Source of the DNA: a virus
Virus record (IMG/VR): IMGVR_UViG_3300021512_000005
Location: 1 to 64,000 of that record
Length of the DNA: 64,000 nt
Direction: 5' to 3' (one strand)
Positions within the stretch are counted from its first letter, which is position 1, and every line of letters begins with the position of its first letter. Shown here piece after piece: positions 20,506 through 30,771 of the stretch. Made by a program: the position numbers and the translations under genes. The notes under the pieces were generated by a model. The model was not told the DNA's origin. It did not search any database and saw only the letters and a list, made by a program, of their open reading frames with translations.

Positions 20506-20897
20506 GGTACTAATTCGTATATAATTTCTTTTTTATTATTTTTTATTTTACCTAAAATATATTTAGTTTTTCTACTTATTATTTTTGTTTTTGAAAATTT
20601 AATATAATTACGTCTATATATTAAAGGCATTTCATTATTTTCATATTCAACTGAATATATCTTAGAAATAATACTTGGGTGTGTATAAATTCCTTCCATT
20701 GTAAAAATTTTTTGAGATAATTCTAATGGAATAGTAATCCATGATAATTTTTTTATTCGTTTAATATTTATATTTTTCCAAAGAATTTCTTTCCCAGTAT
20801 TATAATTAAATTGTGATATACAATCACCATTATCAAATTCAGCCAACCACATAAAATAAAGGGGATTATAATCCATAATCACCTCAAATTTCATCAT
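20502..20897 (-). CDS. Hypothetical protein
   Basis: ORF coupled within the structural operon. Confidence 0.5.
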   Translation of the reverse strand: MMKFEVIMDYNPLYFMWLAEFDNGDCISQFNYNTGKEILWKNINIKRIKKLSWITIPLELSQKIFTMEGIYTHPSIISKIYSVEYENNEMPLIYRRNYIKFSKTKIISRKTKYILGKIKNNKKEIIYELVP

Positions 20898-21492
20898 AAA
20901 TCCATGTTAATGTTTCGTCAGATTGTGTACCTTGAGTTGCATCAGATGCAATTTTTACTTGTGTTACTATTGCTTTTGAATTTCCAGAACTAGTATAATC
21001 AGTTGTATCAACTATTAATGGTGATGAACTTGTATAATTTGATGCATTTGCTGGTTCCGCTGTTTGATCTTTATAATATCCATGTCCATTTGTTGCATCA
21101 TCCATATAATCTCCAGTTGTTCCCTGTGTTCCAGTTGCAACCTCATAATTTGTTGGCATTGGGGCTCCATTATCACCACTATCTCTTACACCAACAAATA
21201 ATCCTCCATTAGTACCACATGTCCATCCAATTGTTCCATCTGTATACCAACGAATATTATTAACTTTTGTAAATGTTCCTGATATATTAAGATAATGATG
21301 TTTCCAATATGAATAATTAGTTCCTGAACTTGGGACTACACAAGGATATGTTGAACCAGGATTATATGAATCTGTAGTACAATATCTTACATCTGTACCA
21401 TCATTTACTCCTTGTCCATCTACTTGTGTTTCTGTTCCGGGTGATCCATCTGTACCACCATTTGCTTCTCTTACAACTACTGTTGCTACCAT
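20884..21492 (-). CDS. Putative structural protein
   Basis: Thr/Gly-rich; ends ETLTWIYDEI; GGAG RBS. Confidence 0.55.
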   Translation of the reverse strand: MVATVVVREANGGTDGSPGTETQVDGQGVNDGTDVRYCTTDSYNPGSTYPCVVPSSGTNYSYWKHHYLNISGTFTKVNNIRWYTDGTIGWTCGTNGGLFVGVRDSGDNGAPMPTNYEVATGTQGTTGDYMDDATNGHGYYKDQTAEPANASNYTSSSPLIVDTTDYTSSGNSKAIVTQVKIASDATQGTQSDETLTWIYDEI

Positions 21493-21636
21493 TTTATTTC
21501 AACTCCTTTTTAATATCTTTTAAAATTGTTAAAATTTCTTTTAAAATAATATAATTTGCCATATCTACAGGTCTGGCATGATTTTCAAATTCTTTTAAAA
21601 TCATTTTATCTTCTTTTTTCATTTTTCTCTCCATTT

Positions 21637-21876
21637 TTAAAAATATATTGGTATAAGTGCAACCAATATTACAAAAAAACTATAACCAATCACTTTTACC
21701 CAATTAAAATTATTTTTTAAAATTGTAATATCATTAGATAATCCTTTAAAATCATGATGTAATCCATTAATTTTATTATCCATTGTATCAAATCTTTGAT
21801 TTATATTATTTTTTTGATCTTCAATCATTTGGATAATTATATTAATTTCATTTTCATTCATATAATTCCACTCCAT
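21637..21876 (-). CDS. Coiled-coil protein with C-terminal TM helix (holin/XhlA-like)
   Basis: Heptad N-terminus plus hydrophobic C-terminus WVKVIGYSFFVILVALIPIYF. Confidence 0.5.
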   Translation of the reverse strand: MEWNYMNENEINIIIQMIEDQKNNINQRFDTMDNKINGLHHDFKGLSNDITILKNNFNWVKVIGYSFFVILVALIPIYF

Positions 21877-21913
21877 TAAAAATTAAAAAAAAAAATAAGT
21901 GAAATTAATCACT

Positions 21914-22345
21914 TTAAGATCTTTGCATTACAAATGTAACAACTGCCTTTACAGTTCCTGTTGATCCACCATCTGTAATAATTTCAATTGGTTGACCTGC
22001 GGAAACTGTATTTGCTGCTGTTGGAGTTGCCGAATCAACATCTCCTGCACCTGATCCATCATAAGCAATTGTAATTCCACCATCAGTTACAGCAGTACCA
22101 TCAATTTCAAATGTAATTTCAGCATCAGCACTTGTAATTGCACCATCAATTACTGTATAAATTTTTTCAATTGTACCAGCATAAGGTGAAACTACCCATG
22201 AACTTCCAGCAGTACTTATATCAGCAATTTCACCATGTAACACAAATTGATCAAGTTCTGTTGCTGATGATTCTACAGCAGTTCCATTAATTTTTAATGC
22301 TTTTACATCTGTATAATGATGATAATTTGTTTTAATTGTATCCAT
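21914..22345 (-). CDS. Putative capsid decoration/head fibre protein
   Basis: Ala/Gly/Thr-rich jelly-roll-like sequence (VVSPYAGTIEKI…) downstream of MCP. Confidence 0.6.
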   Translation of the reverse strand: MDTIKTNYHHYTDVKALKINGTAVESSATELDQFVLHGEIADISTAGSSWVVSPYAGTIEKIYTVIDGAITSADAEITFEIDGTAVTDGGITIAYDGSGAGDVDSATPTAANTVSAGQPIEIITDGGSTGTVKAVVTFVMQRS

Positions 22346-22376
22346 TTATATCACCTTATAAAAAATGGGAATAAAT

Positions 22377-22640
22377 TTATTCCCCTACAACTAATAGTGC
22401 ATAAGTATGATTTGTTGTACCACCTGATGCATCAATTGTTACTACACAAGATGATTCAGTTGCTGTAACTTGATCTCCAGTATCTTGATCGTATGCATAA
22501 ATTAGATCAATTGAATCTAAAACTCCAGATAAATCAATAGTATCATTTGAATCTGCTGTACTTGGTGTTTCGACATAAATCATTTTCTTTCCAAGATATG
22601 GAACTGTATTTATAATTGTTGAACCTGTTATTGCTGCCAT
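22377..22640 (-). CDS. Putative minor capsid/decoration protein
   Basis: Small beta-rich protein after MCP; GGAGG RBS. Confidence 0.55.
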   Translation of the reverse strand: MAAITGSTIINTVPYLGKKMIYVETPSTADSNDTIDLSGVLDSIDLIYAYDQDTGDQVTATESSCVVTIDASGGTTNHTYALLVVGE

Positions 22641-22644
22641 TTTA

Positions 22645-22818
22645 TTATTCCTCCATTATATTTTTTTCATTACCTTTATCTAACATAACCATTGCCACAA
22701 CTGCTGCTAAATAACCACCTAACACAGTTGTATCAGATGGATTTAAATAAGCAATTACTGCTGATGATGCTAAAATTCCAACTATACTTCGAACATAAAC
22801 TTTTGAAAATTCAAACAT
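22645..22818 (-). CDS. 57-aa two-TM membrane protein, holin-like (not in ORF track)
   Basis: AGGAGA RBS; MFEFSKVYVRSIVGILASSAVIAYLNPSDTTVLGGYLAAVVAMVMLDKG…*. Confidence 0.6.
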   Translation of the reverse strand: MFEFSKVYVRSIVGILASSAVIAYLNPSDTTVLGGYLAAVVAMVMLDKGNEKNIMEE

Positions 22819-22844
22819 TTTTTTTTATCTCCTAAAAAATTTAA

Positions 22845-22860
22845 ATGGGTTTATACCCAT
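22845..22860 (-). terminator. Hairpin directly after the MCP stop
   Basis: ATGGGT-TTAT-ACCCAT followed by a T-rich tract on the minus strand. Confidence 0.4.
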
Positions 22861-23904
22861 TTAATTTATTCCGTAAATCTGACCCATGCCTTCAGGGAAC
22901 TTATTAACAAATGTTCTATAAGTTTTAAGAAGGAATTTCTCAGAATCACCAGTTTTTGCAAGTCTTTCAAAAGAAATATCTTGTAGTACACGCTGTTGTA
23001 CAAAATTTGTATTAATACAGAAAATTCTCTTTTGATCAGTTGCAGTAGGCATAAACTGGCTGGAAAGGATTGGAATACGACCAACTACTGTCTGAAGACT
23101 TGGAACCTGAAGTCCCCAAGCAATAGTTGTTTCAGGATTAGTATATCTTGCATAATCCATCATTTGGTTAACAAGACTTGTTGCAGTATAAGGATCTGTA
23201 ATTAAAAGATTTGGAGCACCTTTTGCAACGAAACAATCATTTACAAGTTCCTGGACATCAGATAAAGTAACTTCTGCACCACTTAGATCTGTTGTATTTG
23301 ATGTTAAAATTTTAATTAGACCATCATGCTGATAAGAATTTGATGAATTATCACCAACGAGAATTGCCTGTTCAATTGCTTCATTCATTGATTGAGTTTT
23401 ATTAAGAACTTCACGCTGCATACTGGACTCAAAATGAGCACCAGCAATTTGTGCAACTCCTGTAACTCGTCCAATAATACGAAGATAACGAATTGTTTCT
23501 GAGGCCTCTTCTCTTGTATCATCAGTTTCTGCAAGTGCAGGGTCTTCTGCACCCCAAGATGCTGATCCTCTATTAGTAACACGATAATATTGTGCTACTT
23601 TACCTTTATTTGTAACCTTTGGAATAAGTCCAATTAAAGGTGTTAATCTTCTTGTAATATCAATTACATCTTGATCCCATACAATAGGTGTAAATGCATA
23701 TCCAGCAGCACCACTGGAAGAACCAACATTTACTGCTTTTTCAAGGGTATCATTTTTTTGTACAAGACGACCATCTCTCATCATCATTTCAAATTTATTC
23801 ATTGCATCATCATAAACAGAACCATCAGGCATGTCTCCAAATGATGCTTTATATAGTGATTCACTGTCTATTTCAACAGCTCCACTCCACATTGCGCCTG
23901 CCAT
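22861..23904 (-). CDS. Major capsid protein (HK97 fold)
   Basis: Follows protease and scaffold; TPIVWDQDVI…TPL…IP…IEQAILVGD…DGL…GRIPI…ERLAKTGDSEKF. Confidence 0.9.
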   Translation of the reverse strand: MAGAMWSGAVEIDSESLYKASFGDMPDGSVYDDAMNKFEMMMRDGRLVQKNDTLEKAVNVGSSSGAAGYAFTPIVWDQDVIDITRRLTPLIGLIPKVTNKGKVAQYYRVTNRGSASWGAEDPALAETDDTREEASETIRYLRIIGRVTGVAQIAGAHFESSMQREVLNKTQSMNEAIEQAILVGDNSSNSYQHDGLIKILTSNTTDLSGAEVTLSDVQELVNDCFVAKGAPNLLITDPYTATSLVNQMMDYARYTNPETTIAWGLQVPSLQTVVGRIPILSSQFMPTATDQKRIFCINTNFVQQRVLQDISFERLAKTGDSEKFLLKTYRTFVNKFPEGMGQIYGIN

Positions 23905-23906
23905 AA

Positions 23907-24404
23907 TTAATTACCTCCAAAATGTGCATGTATAATATTTCCAAGTGTAGATGTTGTTGTGGTTTCAGTAACCGGGGAAACATCCATATTTGCCTTATAT
24001 AAAGGACTTGATTTAATTGCTTCTAATTCAGATTCAAGTTTTTTAACTCTATCTTCTTCTTCATCTACATTTCCTCTTTTTCGTCTCTCTTCCTCTTCTC
24101 TCTTTCGTCTCTCTTCCTCTGTCTCTTCAACTGGCTCTACTTCATCTTCATTTTTCATTGTAACTTGTTTTTGTGCTGCAAGTTCCTTTGCTTGTGCTGA
24201 AACTCTTGCCTCAAGTTCTTCCATTCTCTTTCGCATACTTTCTGCTTCTTCAAGAAGACGATCATAATCTTCTGCTTTTTCAATTACTTCTTGTTCTTCA
24301 ATCATTTTTGTTACTGTATTTTCAATATAAGCTGTAAGTTCAGCTGGTTCAAAACGAACAATATTTTGATCTGTTGGGTCTATTTCCATATAATTTTCCT
24401 CCAT
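23907..24404 (-). CDS. Capsid scaffolding protein
   Basis: Glu/Arg-rich coiled coil between protease and MCP. Confidence 0.75.
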   Translation of the reverse strand: MEENYMEIDPTDQNIVRFEPAELTAYIENTVTKMIEEQEVIEKAEDYDRLLEEAESMRKRMEELEARVSAQAKELAAQKQVTMKNEDEVEPVEETEEERRKREEEERRKRGNVDEEEDRVKKLESELEAIKSSPLYKANMDVSPVTETTTTSTLGNIIHAHFGGN

Positions 24405-24634
24405 ATATTTTTTTTTAATTTTGCGTGGATATTTTTAAAATCCCATGTCCACATCATGGTTTTTAATTGCCTCCACGCATTAGTATCATTGGCATAATAA
24501 ATTTTAATAAATAATAATTTGATTTTGATTTTCAATTATTTTTGTTGTAGTAAATTTAAAATAATCTACATGTTTTGTAAAATCAAAACAAATAATACTT
24601 TGATCTATTGAGTCTATTTTCATTTTATTTACCT

Positions 24635-25576
24635 TTATAATTCATCTAAATCAATTTCAATTTTAAATGTAATTTTTTCATTTTTAGGATGAATTTTATC
24701 TTTTATATTTTTACGATCTATTAATTTTTTATTATTAAAATCAAATAATTTATTATTTTCTTTTTTACTTGTTTCTATAAAATAATCTGCATCTTTTTCA
24801 TCTTCAAAATTTTGAATTGCTTTACCATTTGCATATCTAACTTGCCATATTTTATTTGATTTTGTTTCATTTTTTAAAAGTGGACAATTTGGTCCTGAAC
24901 ATGCTTTTTCAATAACTTCAAAAATTCCTTCAGGATTCGCAGGTAAATCAACAACTGAAATTTCAGAAAGTCTTTTTACAATTACTCGGTTAATATCTTT
25001 ACCAAGTGAATGATCAAATTGTTTAACACGATCTGCTCTTCCACCAATACTAAATCCTTTTAATATTCCTTCTTTTATTTTAGTTCTAATTGGTTTAACA
25101 TCATCAGCATTAGATATTTTTACAACTACAAAAGGACCGTTTTCAGTAAATTTTGTTTTATATGTATTTCCTTTAGAATTAGTATATTCAGGTATTACTT
25201 TACCAATTGCATCAGGATTTCGCACATCTTTTCCATGCATATAACGAACAATTGGATTTTGCATATAACGATCCCATTGTGCACGAAGAGAATCCATATC
25301 AATACGTTCATAATCATGATCAAGATTTCCAGTTGAAGCAATTCCTATAATTACAAGATCATTTTCATCATCATCATCAATTTCATCTTCAATTTTTTCT
25401 AATTTCATTACATATTCGAAATTAGATTCAATTTTATTCATTAACTCTTCTTTTTTCTTTTCAGTTAACATCCGAGCAGTTTCTGTAGAATATCCTTTTT
25501 CTTCAAGTTGTGTTTGATAATCTATAGGATCAAAAGATTCAATTGTCATGGGTTCTCGTTCATCTTTATCTAACAT
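24635..25576 (-). CDS. HK97-type prohead protease
   Basis: GIASTGNLDHDYERI, YMHG…IGK, GFSIGG, LSEISVVDLPANP. Confidence 0.92.
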   Translation of the reverse strand: MLDKDEREPMTIESFDPIDYQTQLEEKGYSTETARMLTEKKKEELMNKIESNFEYVMKLEKIEDEIDDDDENDLVIIGIASTGNLDHDYERIDMDSLRAQWDRYMQNPIVRYMHGKDVRNPDAIGKVIPEYTNSKGNTYKTKFTENGPFVVVKISNADDVKPIRTKIKEGILKGFSIGGRADRVKQFDHSLGKDINRVIVKRLSEISVVDLPANPEGIFEVIEKACSGPNCPLLKNETKSNKIWQVRYANGKAIQNFEDEKDADYFIETSKKENNKLFDFNNKKLIDRKNIKDKIHPKNEKITFKIEIDLDEL

Positions 25577-25604
25577 TTTTTAACTCCTCAATATATAATT
25601 ATTA

Positions 25605-25718
25605 TTAATTAAGATTTTTAAATTTCTTTAAAAATTTTATTTTTTTTAAATTTTGTTTAAATTTTGGACCAATATATTTTCTACCATTCGTATCATCAAA
25701 TATTACTTTTACTACCAT
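25605..25718 (-). CDS. 37-aa micro-ORF coupled to an ART gene (candidate immunity peptide)
   Basis: TAATG overlap; MVVKVIFDDTNGRKYIGPKFKQNLKK…*. Confidence 0.5.
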   Translation of the reverse strand: MVVKVIFDDTNGRKYIGPKFKQNLKKIKFLKKFKNLN

Positions 25719-27115
25719 TATTCTAACCTCTTTCTAAATTCTGCTGCTGTTATTTTACCTTCAGATGTATCAAGTATAATATCTTCAAGATTAAATTTCA
25801 TAATTTTATTTGGAAGTAATGTTACTTCTTGTTCAGGAAACCCAGAACCAGAAACAGCATAATGCATTACAACATTATTGAGATATTCTTTTTTTGGAAT
25901 TTTATATTTAATACTTTTTACTTTAATTCCTTTTATTGTTATAAATCCTTCCATTTTTTCACTAAAAACATCAGCCACATGTTCACTTTCACTCCAACAT
26001 GACATGTGTCCAATTGAATCAATATCTATTGTTTTTGCTTCTAATGGTAAATTAATAATTGCATTTATAAAACTTTCTCGTGCTGAATATTTTGTTTCAC
26101 CTCTATAAATATACTCATTACCATTTTTTTCTGCATATTCTTTTGCACCAGTTATTAAAAGATCTAATGCATTTTTATTTATATCTTTTAATTCAAGTTC
26201 ATTATTCATATATTTTTTTATTAATGCACCAACTTTATTCATCCCAAGTCCATATTCATTATACCACAAGTCAGTAATATTTTGTGCTCTTTCAATTAAA
26301 TAACTTTCTTCACGAGGTATTTCATCTTCTATTTTTGAAAAAATTGTTTTTGGTTTATTTTCTATTAATTCATTAGGTTTTTGTACTTCTTTTTTTATAC
26401 GTTCTAATAATAAATTTTTATTTGATTCTATAGTAGCAGTTGAATGACAAAATGCTTTTATAAGATTATCAGGATAAAAATTTGTTACTATTTTTATTTT
26501 TTCACCAGCATTACTTTCTTTTACAGATGGTGATTTACCAGAAAACATACAAGGATCATCAAGAGATATAAAATAATCTCCAATAAACATTTTATTATCT
26601 TTAAAATTTACTAAAATTTCTTTATTATTAATTTTAATTTGTAAATCACCATTATCTAAATCTTTTGTTTCAACATGTGAACGTTTTAATTCATTTTTAA
26701 TTGATTTTTTCACATATTCTTCATATTTTTCTTTAGAAATATAAGTTAATGGTAAAAAATTTTTTTCAATATATTTATATGCATTTATTTCTTCTTCTGT
26801 TTTTAAAATTTTTCCACTTTGTATTTTTTTTATAAAATCTAAAAGACCTTGTTCTATATTAAGACCTTCTTTTGTTACAAATTTTGAAAAATTTTTTGAT
26901 TCTGTTGTTGGAATATTTGGAAATGCTGCATTAGCAAATATAAAAATATCATTTTTTGAAATTTTCATAATTTTTGATTTATTAACAAAAAGTTCATCAT
27001 CATGACCAACTTCTGCTTCACGCCAATATGCCTTATGTTTTGGTGAAGCAGGTACATAAATTTTTTTACGACTTTTTGCTTTTGCAAGATTTAATAATGA
27101 TATTTCTATTTTCAT
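25718..27115 (-). CDS. Leader-bearing ADP-ribosyltransferase-like effector
   Basis: Leader MKIEISLLNLAK…IYVPASPKHKAYWR; R-S-E motifs IYRGE / SCWSE / PEQEV. Confidence 0.7.
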   Translation of the reverse strand: MKIEISLLNLAKAKSRKKIYVPASPKHKAYWREAEVGHDDELFVNKSKIMKISKNDIFIFANAAFPNIPTTESKNFSKFVTKEGLNIEQGLLDFIKKIQSGKILKTEEEINAYKYIEKNFLPLTYISKEKYEEYVKKSIKNELKRSHVETKDLDNGDLQIKINNKEILVNFKDNKMFIGDYFISLDDPCMFSGKSPSVKESNAGEKIKIVTNFYPDNLIKAFCHSTATIESNKNLLLERIKKEVQKPNELIENKPKTIFSKIEDEIPREESYLIERAQNITDLWYNEYGLGMNKVGALIKKYMNNELELKDINKNALDLLITGAKEYAEKNGNEYIYRGETKYSARESFINAIINLPLEAKTIDIDSIGHMSCWSESEHVADVFSEKMEGFITIKGIKVKSIKYKIPKKEYLNNVVMHYAVSGSGFPEQEVTLLPNKIMKFNLEDIILDTSEGKITAAEFRKRLE

Positions 27116-27128
27116 TTTCTATCTCCAT

Positions 27129-27287
27129 TTAAATTTCACTTGTTCTATAATAACCTCTATTAAATTTTTTAATAACTTCATCTTTATTCAGTTTTAAATC
27201 TTTAAATATTCCATTAAAATTTCCATTATTCCATCTATCAATTTCAATTGCTTTTTTAGGTGTAAGTCTATATATTATTATTGTCAT
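27129..27287 (-). CDS. 52-aa ORF after the kinase pair (candidate immunity protein; not in track)
   Basis: GGAGGT RBS; MTIIIYRLTPKKAIEIDRWNNG…FNRGYYRTSEI*. Confidence 0.6.
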   Translation of the reverse strand: MTIIIYRLTPKKAIEIDRWNNGNFNGIFKDLKLNKDEVIKKFNRGYYRTSEI

Positions 27288-27308
27288 TTATATTACCTCC
27301 TATAAATT

Positions 27309-28166
27309 TTATTTAATTGTTTTCATAAATTCAATATTATTTATAATATTTAATATTATTGATAAATCTAAATCTTTAGAATGTAATAATTTAGAAATTT
27401 TATCTTCATTATCAATAACTTCTTTTATATTTTTAAGTATATATTTTCTAAATTCTAAAAAATCATTTTTATCTAAATTTTTTTTAAGCCATACTATCAT
27501 TGGATTATAATCAGATTCAGATGATAATCCACACATTGAATCTAAAACTTTTATAAATTCTTTAGCAGTATCAGGATTTCCAAAATCTTCATTATCAATT
27601 GCCCAACATTTATTATTTTTATCAATAATAACATTTGCATCATGACGATCATAATTACCAGTAATCATATCTAATACAAATATTTTTGATAAATCATCAA
27701 AATGATTTTTATTTATTTTAATATAATTATCTTTATCATCATATCCAGAATAAGGTTCTACACCATCAATCATTTTTTGACAAGAACCATTACCTTTTCC
27801 AAAATCATTTTCAACAGTTTCAGGTACAATATTCCAATTTAATTTTTTTGAAATATCATAAGTAGTTACTTCACCTATAATTTCTTTCTTTTTCATTGTT
27901 TTATATATTGCATTAAAATTATTTTTAAATTTAATTATATATGTTTCTTTTTTATGAGTTACGCCAGAAATTCCTAATTCACTTGATGTTAAAATTTTTT
28001 CCACATTTTTAGGAATCATTAAAAATTTTTTTTCTTCTTCATTTTTAGGTATATCTTTAATATTTCTTTTATGAGGTTTATGTATAAATCCTTTCTTATC
28101 AATAAATCCTTTTACATTTATTTCTTTTTTATTTAAATTTAAAAGGTTTAATTCAATTATTGTCAT
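27309..28166 (-). CDS. Leader-bearing PI3/4-kinase/HipA-like kinase effector
   Basis: Leader IELNLLNLNKKEINVKGFIDKKGFIHKPHKR; AIYK, GE, GNYDRHDANV, AIDN. Confidence 0.75.
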   Translation of the reverse strand: MTIIELNLLNLNKKEINVKGFIDKKGFIHKPHKRNIKDIPKNEEEKKFLMIPKNVEKILTSSELGISGVTHKKETYIIKFKNNFNAIYKTMKKKEIIGEVTTYDISKKLNWNIVPETVENDFGKGNGSCQKMIDGVEPYSGYDDKDNYIKINKNHFDDLSKIFVLDMITGNYDRHDANVIIDKNNKCWAIDNEDFGNPDTAKEFIKVLDSMCGLSSESDYNPMIVWLKKNLDKNDFLEFRKYILKNIKEVIDNEDKISKLLHSKDLDLSIILNIINNIEFMKTIK

Positions 28167-29317
28167 TTTATTCTCTCCATAAATTCAAGATTATTTTTTA
28201 TATTTGATATTACATCTTTTATTGGTCGAATATCAATAGTAATTGTTGAATCATTAATATATTTATTATAATAATTTAAAATTTCTTCTTTTTTATTTAA
28301 AACTTCCTTTATATTTTTAAGTACATATTTTCTAAATTCTAAAAAATCATTTCTATCTAAATTTTTATTAAGCCATAATACCATAGAATTATAATTAAAT
28401 TCAGATGATAATCCACACACTGAATCTAAAGCACTTATGAATTTTTCAGGGGCTCTTGGTGTACCAATAAATTCATTATCAATTGCCCAACATTTATTTA
28501 TATCATCAATAATAACATTGGCTTCATGTCGATCGGGATTTCCTAAAAACATATCTAATACAAATATTTTTGCCAAATCATCAAAATGTTTTCTATAAAT
28601 TCTTGTATTATTACCATCATATCCTGCATAAGGTTCTACACCATCTATCATTTTTTGACAAGAACCATTACCTTTTCCAAAGTTTCCTTCAATAGTTTCA
28701 GGTACAATATCCCAATTTAAAATTTTTTTTGAAATATTATATGTTGATGTTTCACCAATAATTTCACCTTTATTCATTACTTTATATATTGCTGTTGAAC
28801 CATCTTTAAATTTTATAATATGTGAATCTGCATCATGAATACCGCCCACAATTCCAAAATCATTTAAACTAATTACTTCTTTTACATTATATGGCATCAT
28901 TGATGTATATTCTTTTTTAGGTATATCTTTAATATTTCGTTTATGTGGTTTATGATAGAATCCTTTTTTATCTCTAAAACCTTTAACATTTATTTCTCTT
29001 TTATTTAAATCTTGTAAATTTAATTCTATTTTTTCTATTTTATCACCTATAAATGATTCTGAATATTTATACCCTAATGGAATTATATAAGCTATTCTTT
29101 GAATTTGAATTAACATATTATTTTTATAATCTGAAAATTTTATAAATCCTAAATGAGTATAACCAAAAGGAAATTTTAAAAGATAAATTAAATCTTTTTC
29201 GGCATTTGAACTCGAAGTCCAATGGATATTTTGACAATTTTCTGAATTTATACCTTTACCATCAATTCGAATCCATTTATCATCATTTTTATAAATTGAG
29301 TAAAAATTTTTATCCAT
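28163..29317 (-). CDS. PI3/4-kinase/HipA-like kinase effector with internal leader and ~95-aa N-terminal extra domain
   Basis: Internal KIELNLQDLNKREINVKGFRDKKGFYHKPHKR; GNPDRHEANV, AIDN; paralog of 27309-28166. Confidence 0.75.
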   Translation of the reverse strand: MDKNFYSIYKNDDKWIRIDGKGINSENCQNIHWTSSSNAEKDLIYLLKFPFGYTHLGFIKFSDYKNNMLIQIQRIAYIIPLGYKYSESFIGDKIEKIELNLQDLNKREINVKGFRDKKGFYHKPHKRNIKDIPKKEYTSMMPYNVKEVISLNDFGIVGGIHDADSHIIKFKDGSTAIYKVMNKGEIIGETSTYNISKKILNWDIVPETIEGNFGKGNGSCQKMIDGVEPYAGYDGNNTRIYRKHFDDLAKIFVLDMFLGNPDRHEANVIIDDINKCWAIDNEFIGTPRAPEKFISALDSVCGLSSEFNYNSMVLWLNKNLDRNDFLEFRKYVLKNIKEVLNKKEEILNYYNKYINDSTITIDIRPIKDVISNIKNNLEFMERIK

Positions 29318-30771
29318 TATATCCTCCCAGCTATTATTGCAAGTGTTAAATAAAAATGTTCAGGATCTTTTTCTAATAATAATTTAGCAGTATTTTTATT
29401 ATTTAAATACTGAAACCCCATTGAAAGTATTTCTGTTGATCTTAAATATGGATAAATTTTTCCTATATATGGATGAATAAATTTATCTTTTTTTACAATT
29501 TCATATTTATTATAAGGAATATCTGGAAATAAATCCTTTAAAAATTCAGTTTCATTATTTTTAGTTTTATTATTAAAAAATTTTACTAAAATATTATGAA
29601 TTTTTTTACTATTATTTTCTATTATATGTCCCAATTCATGTCCTAATGTTGCATTTAAATATCCTTCTTTTAATACAATTGTATCTTCAGTAGAATATGA
29701 TCTTCCTTTTTCATTACTCAAAATTATATTTATTTTTCCAATTAAAGGTTTTAATGAATCTGAAATTTTTGATGATAAATTAATCATTTCATTTTTTACA
29801 AATACAACATCATTAATATTTTTTGAATAAAATTCAAGACCATAATTTATTTGATCTTTTTGTGATCCTATTACATTTTGAATAGCAATATTAATATCTT
29901 TTTCTTTTTCAAAGGCTTTTTCAAAATCTTTTTTTACAAAATAAATTTTTTTATCAATTTCAAAATCACCAATTATATTTATCCAATCTGCTGGTTTTTC
30001 TTCTTCCTTTCTACCAAGTCTTTGTTTTCTTTGAAATATCTTACCTTGACGATGAACTGTTACATAACCTTCATGAGTTCCACGTTCGTTTTTTTCTAAT
30101 GATAAATTTACTTCTATTTTTGAAATTGAATCAGCAACATACATTAAACCATTTTTATGTATTATTTCAGGAAGTTCTCGCAAAGGAATTATTGTACAAC
30201 GACATTGAGGACGATTAGGTGGATACATGAATTTTTCATTAGTTTTTGGATCTATAAATGGATCATTTAACTTTTGAATTTGTCCATTTAATCTTTTACT
30301 ATCAGCAGCAGTACGTTTATTATTCATTGCTGCTTTCCACATTTTGAATTTAACAATACCAGATTTTTCATAAGCACTATGTCTGCCCGCATTCATTGCA
30401 GTTAATAATTCAGTTCGTGCTATTCTTTCAAGTTCAAAATCTTGCATTCGTTCAAAAATAGTTGATAATCTTTTTTTAATTTGAGTAATTGATTCTTTAT
30501 TTTGAATTCCTTCTAATAATTCTAATGATAAATTACCCTTTAATCTTGCCATTATTTTATCAGAAAGAATAATTTCACGATTATGTAAATATTCTAATGC
30601 TTCAGGATCTGGTTTTGAATTAGTAAAATTATAATATTTATTTGTTTCATTATAACTATCTATAAAAGTATTAATTATTTTTTCTGTAAGAATTTTTTCA
30701 AATTCTTCGAATCCTATAGTTTCAATAATTTTTTCTATAAGTGAAAGTTCTATTTTTAAAAGATTTTGCAT
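29317..30771 (-). CDS. MuF-family minor head protein fused via an internal leader to a zincin peptidase
   Basis: ERIARTE…KMW…LNGQ…PPNRPQCRC (MuF), then KIEVNLSLEKNERGTHEGY…, then HELGH…TEILSMG. Confidence 0.85.
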   Translation of the reverse strand: MQNLLKIELSLIEKIIETIGFEEFEKILTEKIINTFIDSYNETNKYYNFTNSKPDPEALEYLHNREIILSDKIMARLKGNLSLELLEGIQNKESITQIKKRLSTIFERMQDFELERIARTELLTAMNAGRHSAYEKSGIVKFKMWKAAMNNKRTAADSKRLNGQIQKLNDPFIDPKTNEKFMYPPNRPQCRCTIIPLRELPEIIHKNGLMYVADSISKIEVNLSLEKNERGTHEGYVTVHRQGKIFQRKQRLGRKEEEKPADWINIIGDFEIDKKIYFVKKDFEKAFEKEKDINIAIQNVIGSQKDQINYGLEFYSKNINDVVFVKNEMINLSSKISDSLKPLIGKINIILSNEKGRSYSTEDTIVLKEGYLNATLGHELGHIIENNSKKIHNILVKFFNNKTKNNETEFLKDLFPDIPYNKYEIVKKDKFIHPYIGKIYPYLRSTEILSMGFQYLNNKNTAKLLLEKDPEHFYLTLAIIAGRI

